DNA from: Candidatus Dadabacteria bacterium
GTDB lineage: Bacteria; Desulfobacterota_D; UBA1144; Nemesobacterales; Nemesobacteraceae
DNA: 64,000 nucleotides
Assembly: GCA_026705445.1 (NCBI GenBank)
Contig: JAPPAR010000011.1
Location: forward strand, 10,525-74,524
Direction of reading: 5' to 3'
Made by a program: the position numbers and the translations under genes. The notes under the pieces were generated by a model. It saw only the letters and a list, made by a program, of their open reading frames with translations, was not told where the DNA came from and ran no database searches. This document shows, piece after piece, positions 58,812 to 64,000 of the stretch. The stretch's first letter is position 1. Each line of letters starts with the position of its first letter.

Positions 58812-59911
58812 CTTCTGAGAATTCTCCCAAGCGATTCAATGAATTTTTCGTTTTCGCTGTCGAGGCCGAAACTTACCCTCAGGTGCGTTTTAAGTCCGTA
58901 GCCGCCCACCGGCCTCGTTATCACCCCGTCGCGAAGAAGCGCCTCGTAAACCGGCATCGGATCCCTCTCGAGATCCACGAGAAGGAAATTCGTATGAGAC
59001 TCAGTGTACCTGACCCCAAGTTCGCCCAGCTTCTCGCGCAGATACTCCTTTGCCGTGCGGTTAAGCTTCCTTGAGCGGGCGACGTGTCTATCGTCGTCAA
59101 GCGCTGCGCAGGCCGCCGCCTGCGCGGCCGAGTTCACGTTAAACGGCTCCCTTACCCGGTCCATGTAGGAAACCGCCTCTTTTGACGCAACCCCGTAGCC
59201 GACCCTGAGCCCCGCAAGACCGTAAATCTTGGAGAAGGTCCTCACCGTCACGAGCGATTCGCGTACCGAGTGGTAGCGAAGCGTGTCCGGATACTCGGGG
59301 TCGTCCACGTACTCGAAATAGGCTTCGTCCACGAGTATCAGCACGTTCTCGGGAACCCGCTCGAGGAACCACTCGAACTCATCCCTTCTCACTATCGTCC
59401 CGGTGGGGTTGTTCGGATTCGCGATGTAGATGATCTTCGTTTTCTCGGTCACCAGGGAAAGCATGTCCTCGAGGTCGTGCGTGAGATCCGGCATCCGGGA
59501 GACGACGTGCGAGCACCCGAGCGACTGTGTGACGATCGGGTAGACGATAAACGCGTGGCGTCCGTAGATGGCCTCGTCCCCGGGCTCGAGAAAGGTTCTT
59601 GCGACGATCTCTATCACCTCGTTCGAGCCGTTGCCGATTACTATCGTGTCCTCGGGAACCCCGAGCTTCTCGGAAAGTTTCCGGCGGAGCTCAAAGCAAC
59701 ACCCGTCGGGATAAAGGTTTACCTTCGAGACGTGTTCTGAAAGCGCTTCTTTTGCAAGCGGGGAGGGGCCGAGGGGGTTTTCGTTCGAAGCCATCTTGGC
59801 CGCGCCCCGGATTCCGAGTTCCCGCTCGAGCTCCTCGATCGGCTTTCCCGGAATATAGGGAATAAGGTTCTTTACGCTTGCTCTTGGTTCCATGGGGGGT
59901 TCGTCCGCCAA
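58808..59911 (-). CDS. hisC: histidinol-phosphate/aromatic aminotransferase
   Basis: Class II aminotransferase with the HisC pattern (NENPLGPSP..., YPDG). 367 aa. Confidence 0.85.
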   Translation of the reverse strand: MADEPPMEPRASVKNLIPYIPGKPIEELERELGIRGAAKMASNENPLGPSPLAKEALSEHVSKVNLYPDGCCFELRRKLSEKLGVPEDTIVIGNGSNEVIEIVARTFLEPGDEAIYGRHAFIVYPIVTQSLGCSHVVSRMPDLTHDLEDMLSLVTEKTKIIYIANPNNPTGTIVRRDEFEWFLERVPENVLILVDEAYFEYVDDPEYPDTLRYHSVRESLVTVRTFSKIYGLAGLRVGYGVASKEAVSYMDRVREPFNVNSAAQAAACAALDDDRHVARSRKLNRTAKEYLREKLGELGVRYTESHTNFLLVDLERDPMPVYEALLRDGVITRPVGGYGLKTHLRVSFGLDSENEKFIESLGRILRR

Positions 59912-59923
59912 GCCCGCCCGCCG

Positions 59924-61009
59924 TCAGCCCGGCACTTCGGCGGGATAGGATCCCAGCACTTTGAGGAAAACGCAGTTGGCTTCCACCCTCTCGAGGGCCT
60001 CCTTTACAGCCTCCTCTTCGCGGTGTCCCGAGAAGTCGGCGAAAAACACGTACTCCCACTGCCCGTCGCGCGAGGGTCTGGACTCGATTTTGGTGAGGTT
60101 TATGCCGGATTCGGAAAAGGGGAGGAAAAACGTCGCGTGAAGCGCTCCCGGCTCATCCTTGACGGAAAAGGCGATCGAAGTCTTGTCCTCTCCGCTCGGG
60201 GGAGGTTTCTCCCTTCCCACCACCACGAACCGGGTCGTGTTGCGCGGGCTGTCCTCTATGTAGCTCTGTATCGTCTTCAGGTTGTATATCGACCCTGAGA
60301 ACTCGCTTGCGATCGCGGCGACGCTCTCGTCCCTCGCGGCTATTTTCGCCGCCGCCGCGGTGCTCGGGGTCTCAAGAAGCGCGACGCCGTAGAGGTTCGA
60401 GGCAATCCATTTCCTGCACTGCCCGAGGGCGTGGGGATGCGAGGCCACAGTCCTTATTTTACTGGCGTCCCCGTCAATGGAGAGCAGGAAGTGTTCAATA
60501 CGCTCGAAACACTCGGACGAGACGTCAAGGTCCCACCGGACGAGCATGTCTAGCACGTCCCCCACCGAGCCCTCAACCGAATTCTCGACGGGTACTATGC
60601 CGAAATCGGCCCTCTGGCTGTGCACCTCCTCGAACACATCCTCGAGGCTGTTTACGGGAAAAAACTCCGAGGCGGCACCGAACTTCCGAAACGCCGCCTG
60701 GTTTGAGAAGCTGCCCGCGGGTCCGAGGTAGGCGACTTTCTCCTGGTGCTGAAGGGACCTGCAGCGCGATATTATCTCCCTGAAAATAAGAAGGACGTCC
60801 TCGTCGGAGAGGGGGCCGGTGTTGGTTTCCGCTATCTTGCCCTCCACCTCGCTTTCCCTGCTCCGGTCGTAAATTCCCAAAAGATCCTTTTTCTTGAGTG
60901 CGCTTACCTCTATCGCAAGCTCGGCCCGCTTGTTTATAAGTTCAAGCAGCTCGGAGTCAATGGCGTCTATTTTTTTTCTTACGTCGGAAAGTTCTTTTTT
61001 GGAGTCCAT
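59924..61009 (-). CDS. pheA: bifunctional chorismate mutase/prephenate dehydratase (P-protein)
   Basis: N-terminal chorismate mutase helix (LRKKIDAIDSELLELINKRAEL), PDT domain, C-terminal ACT domain. Confidence 0.9.
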   Translation of the reverse strand: MDSKKELSDVRKKIDAIDSELLELINKRAELAIEVSALKKKDLLGIYDRSRESEVEGKIAETNTGPLSDEDVLLIFREIISRCRSLQHQEKVAYLGPAGSFSNQAAFRKFGAASEFFPVNSLEDVFEEVHSQRADFGIVPVENSVEGSVGDVLDMLVRWDLDVSSECFERIEHFLLSIDGDASKIRTVASHPHALGQCRKWIASNLYGVALLETPSTAAAAKIAARDESVAAIASEFSGSIYNLKTIQSYIEDSPRNTTRFVVVGREKPPPSGEDKTSIAFSVKDEPGALHATFFLPFSESGINLTKIESRPSRDGQWEYVFFADFSGHREEEAVKEALERVEANCVFLKVLGSYPAEVPG

Positions 61010-61098
61010 TATCCAGTCTTAAGGAGAATATTTTTGAGAAGGATAGCGAGGGGGTAGGGCAAAGTCAAATAGCCCGCGAGGGGGTAAAAACGGGACTC

Positions 61099-62019
61099 TT
61101 AACTGCCCCCGTTCCCCTTTAAAATCCTGGGCTCCGCAAGCGTTCCCCGGATTCTTCCGGAGAAGCTGCCGTCTCCGCGGGAACCAAGAAAACTGCCGAC
61201 AAGAGCAAGCTTCACATCCTCTGGAGAAGGCCTGAATGTAACGGAGAGATCAAGGGCGGCCCCCTTTCTTAAGCGAAGCGGAGACGGGGCTTTTCCCTCC
61301 GCCTGCAGGGAGAGCTGCGGGTTCGTGAGGGAAAGCTTCTCGACCCGCGATTCAAAGCGGTTGGCGGTGCCGCGAAGCACGACGCTCAGGTTCCTGTACT
61401 CCTCCCCCACCTCAAACCCCTGCACCTTGTCTATGGCAACCGAAAGAGAAGGAGAGGACACCAGGTATTCCATCTTCGATATCCCTCCGCTTTCCCCCTC
61501 CCCGATAAGCTTTATGGTTCCGTCCATCTTCCCGCTAAGAGATACCCCTCCGTCTCCCAGAAAAAGACGTGAAACGGTCGAGGATTCGACGGAATTTATG
61601 TCCACCTCCGCGCTTGTGACGCTTTTTTTCTTCATGTTCTGTGAAACCTTGCCGTCTATCTTCCCGCCGTAGGCATCAACGGAGAAGGAAATCTTGGTGT
61701 CGTCGGAGAAAATAACGGACAGAAGCCCGGCGCTCACCCTGGCCCTGTCAATCACAAGCGGCTCCCTTTCCCCGAGGATCACTCGGATGTCCCTGAGCTC
61801 AATCGAGGAAAGACCCTTCAGGTCCGCATCCCCTATCAGAACCGGAACCGGGGAATTGCTCTGTATCTCGAAGATGATCCTTCTTTCGACCGAGTCCCTT
61901 GGAAACCCCAGAAGAAGAAAAAGAAGAAAAAACGCGAAGAAAACTCCGATGTAGAGACGGACGGAGATTTTCTCCGGCATTTTGATTCTGGTCTTTATCT
62001 TCATCTTTTCTCCGCTCAC
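61099..62019 (-). CDS. gspN: type II secretion system protein N-like
   Basis: Position after gspL-gspM. N-terminal transmembrane helix, family size. Confidence 0.45.
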   Translation of the reverse strand: MSGEKMKIKTRIKMPEKISVRLYIGVFFAFFLLFLLLGFPRDSVERRIIFEIQSNSPVPVLIGDADLKGLSSIELRDIRVILGEREPLVIDRARVSAGLLSVIFSDDTKISFSVDAYGGKIDGKVSQNMKKKSVTSAEVDINSVESSTVSRLFLGDGGVSLSGKMDGTIKLIGEGESGGISKMEYLVSSPSLSVAIDKVQGFEVGEEYRNLSVVLRGTANRFESRVEKLSLTNPQLSLQAEGKAPSPLRLRKGAALDLSVTFRPSPEDVKLALVGSFLGSRGDGSFSGRIRGTLAEPRILKGNGGS

Positions 62020-62654
62020 GATTCACTGAAAGAAAAAGTGGATAGTCGGAACGAAACGTCAGTCAGGTTGGGGTTGTCGAACCTGGTTTTTATCCTAAGG
62101 TCCGAGACCTTGAGTATGGTCTTGCTTCTCTGAAAGGTATAGAGAACGTTGAACACCCTTGGGACGGGCACCTTGTTTATCTTGACCAGGACCGCTCTTT
62201 CCCGGTTTATCCCTTTCCCCCTGACCGACGGGTTTGTTCCCTTTATGGAAAATGAGCGGGGGTCTATGCCGTTTCTTACGAGCGCTTTCTCCGCAACCGA
62301 AATAAGCGCATCCCTCTCCTCTTTCATCGAACCGCTAAACTCGGCCAGGAGATCCCTGGAGTAGCGGTACTCCTCCTTAATGGACCTCATCTCGCTTAGC
62401 TGCAGTCTCACCTGGCTTACCTCGCTTTTTACCTCGGAACCCCCGGGGAAAACCGCCCTGTAGGCGGAAAAGAGTATGAAAACGGCAAGGGCTGCGGCAG
62501 CTATCTTGAGGGCGCGGATATCCCTCGCGGAGAATTGTCCCCTGTCTATGAGCTCCCTTACCCTTCGCGCCAAGGGTTCGGCTCTTCCCAGAACCGCCGA
62601 GAGAAGGGATTTGAGTCCCTGCACCAGTCTTTGCACCAGCTCCTTCATTTTCAC
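62016..62654 (-). CDS. gspM: type II secretion system protein M-like
   Basis: Single transmembrane helix and coiled coil, translationally coupled to gspL and gspN. Confidence 0.5.
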   Translation of the reverse strand: MKMKELVQRLVQGLKSLLSAVLGRAEPLARRVRELIDRGQFSARDIRALKIAAAALAVFILFSAYRAVFPGGSEVKSEVSQVRLQLSEMRSIKEEYRYSRDLLAEFSGSMKEERDALISVAEKALVRNGIDPRSFSIKGTNPSVRGKGINRERAVLVKINKVPVPRVFNVLYTFQRSKTILKVSDLRIKTRFDNPNLTDVSFRLSTFSFSES

Positions 62655-64000
62655 CTGACGACCATTGATATTTCGAATTTCAAACCGCTGCTAATGGCCT
62701 TTCCAACCTGCCCCATCTTCACCTGGGTGAAGCTGCCGGACTCCGAGAAGGCTTTCTCTATCGACGCTATCTCCTCGTAGGAATCGCTCCTGCCCCATAT
62801 CTTGGTCTTGCCCCCGTCCTCGATCCTTATTTCGTCAACGGAGAAACTCACGTCCCTCGGAATGGCGGCGGAAACCGCCGTCAGCACCTCAAGCGGGCTG
62901 TGGGCCCCTCTTACCTGCTTCAGTATGTCGAGCTTTCGGTTGATGACTTCAAGCTTCCCCCTGTAAAAAGCAACCGGGTCCTGCGTCCCCGCGGCCTGCG
63001 GAAACTCCCTCCTGAGATCCATCTCCATCTCGGAGCGTATGGAACTCATCTTGCTCCTGGCGGAGACCACTTCCGTCACGCGCCCGAAAACAAACACAAG
63101 AAGCAGGGCGGCGCACAGGGCGACGGGAACCCGAAATTCCTTCAATAAAACCCCCGCCATCCCCCGCGGCCTGTATCCGTCCCTTCTCAGGTTGAGTCTT
63201 CCTCCCTTGCCGTAGGAACCTCCGTAAAGCGCAAGAGCGTACGCCCTTGCGAAAAAAGGAGAGTCATTGTGGCCGAGCTGCTCTATGAAAATTCTTTTCA
63301 CTTCCCGGCCGAGCTGCTCGGTAAGTTCTTTTGTAACTCCATCCACCTCGCATATCCCTCCGGTGAGAACCAGGTTCTTTACCTCCTCTCCCGTCTCTCC
63401 CTCAAAGTAGCGTATAGTGTTTCTTATCTCTTCTGTGATGAAGCGGCAGCTTTCAAGAAACCCCTTCCTCTTCTCCTCGTCGCTGTTTATCTGCTCCAAG
63501 TCGAGGTCATCCGCGGCAAGGGATTTTTTCATTCTCTCGAGGGAGTCGTCGCAGTTCCTCACCCTGCTGAGCCCGCTTTCGTCAAAAAACGAGAAATTGA
63601 GGTGGTCCTGGTCGGCGTCTATAAGGAGAAGCGGTCTCGGCCCTTCAATAAGTTCCCCCAGAGAAGAAAACGCAACCGGTGTGAAAGTCACCTGGTCCGG
63701 ATCCACACCAGACTCCCGCAGGGAGCCCAGATAGCCCTCAAACGCCTCCTTCTCAAAAGCGGGAACGATGATCTCGGCCCCTTCCGGTTTCCTCACCTCG
63801 TGGTAGTCGGACAGCACGTCCTCTCCCAGGGTGAACCCGGTTGAGTTCTCAAGCTCGAAGCGGAAAACTCGCCTGAGCTTCTTTGAATCGGTGAAGGGAA
63901 ATTTGAGAACCCTGAGAAGAAGCGGGGAAGAGCAGATTCCGGTAACGGCTCTGGTCCCGAGAGAAATTTTGTCTTTGAGAAAAGCTGACGTGTCGCCGCT
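62651..64000 (-). CDS. gspL: type II secretion system protein L (N-terminus runs off the window end)
   Basis: Cytoplasmic actin-like domain, transmembrane helix and periplasmic domain. The frame stays open upstream of the annotated Met to position 64000. Confidence 0.6.
   Translation of the reverse strand, partial: SGDTSAFLKDKISLGTRAVTGICSSPLLLRVLKFPFTDSKKLRRVFRFELENSTGFTLGEDVLSDYHEVRKPEGAEIIVPAFEKEAFEGYLGSLRESGVDPDQVTFTPVAFSSLGELIEGPRPLLLIDADQDHLNFSFFDESGLSRVRNCDDSLERMKKSLAADDLDLEQINSDEEKRKGFLESCRFITEEIRNTIRYFEGETGEEVKNLVLTGGICEVDGVTKELTEQLGREVKRIFIEQLGHNDSPFFARAYALALYGGSYGKGGRLNLRRDGYRPRGMAGVLLKEFRVPVALCAALLLVFVFGRVTEVVSARSKMSSIRSEMEMDLRREFPQAAGTQDPVAFYRGKLEVINRKLDILKQVRGAHSPLEVLTAVSAAIPRDVSFSVDEIRIEDGGKTKIWGRSDSYEEIASIEKAFSESGSFTQVKMGQVGKAISSGLKFEISMVVR

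Overview
This window is a high-GC (~58-60%) chromosomal segment from a diderm bacterium, possibly a metagenome-assembled genome; lineage is not assignable from sequence alone. It carries housekeeping genes (groES/groEL, mutS, leuA, hisB/hisH, pheA-hisC-tyrA, msrB, queF, a cofC-like gene, an Slt-type lytic transglycosylase, cell-envelope glycosyltransferases, a Sco/PCuAC copper-chaperone pair, a bactofilin/M23 peptidase pair, type II secretion gspLMN and two tRNAs). This backbone is interrupted many times by lower-GC accessory DNA.

The accessory content includes:
- Toxin-antitoxin modules: vapBC, a vapB remnant, mazEF, two hicAB-type pairs, a HEPN/MNT pair (HI0074/HI0073-like), Fic/HTH 'mobile mystery protein A/B', and an orphan higA.
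- A 5'-truncated, frameshifted IS1595-family transposase remnant and a standalone IS605-family TnpB.
- An apparent group II intron (frameshifted maturase/RT) that splits an AT-rich protein-coding gene in a frame-preserving way.
- A ~15-kb AT-rich island between leuA and a cytochrome c gene. It holds the intron-split gene, a 2008-aa protein with an N-terminal HNH nuclease motif and no recognisable ATPase, hicAB, a HEPN (RNxxxH)/Abi_2-like protein, hicBA and TnpB.
- A 4.4-kb insertion carrying two overlapping ORC/Cdc6-like AAA ATPases, one with a long C-terminal TPR array, flanked by ~380-bp direct repeats consistent with Campbell-type integration.
- An AT-rich DprA/SLOG-like + phosphoribosyltransferase two-gene cassette.
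- A TA cassette inserted with a ~45-bp duplication of the nitrilase promoter and start.
- An AT-rich three-gene operon of unknown function beside the vapB remnant, bracketed by a conserved 41-bp hairpin element.

The most novel-looking candidates are the giant HNH protein, the intron-split gene, the ATPase/TPR pair and the three-gene operon. Coordinates of intron boundaries and some starts are inferred by eye and need computational confirmation.
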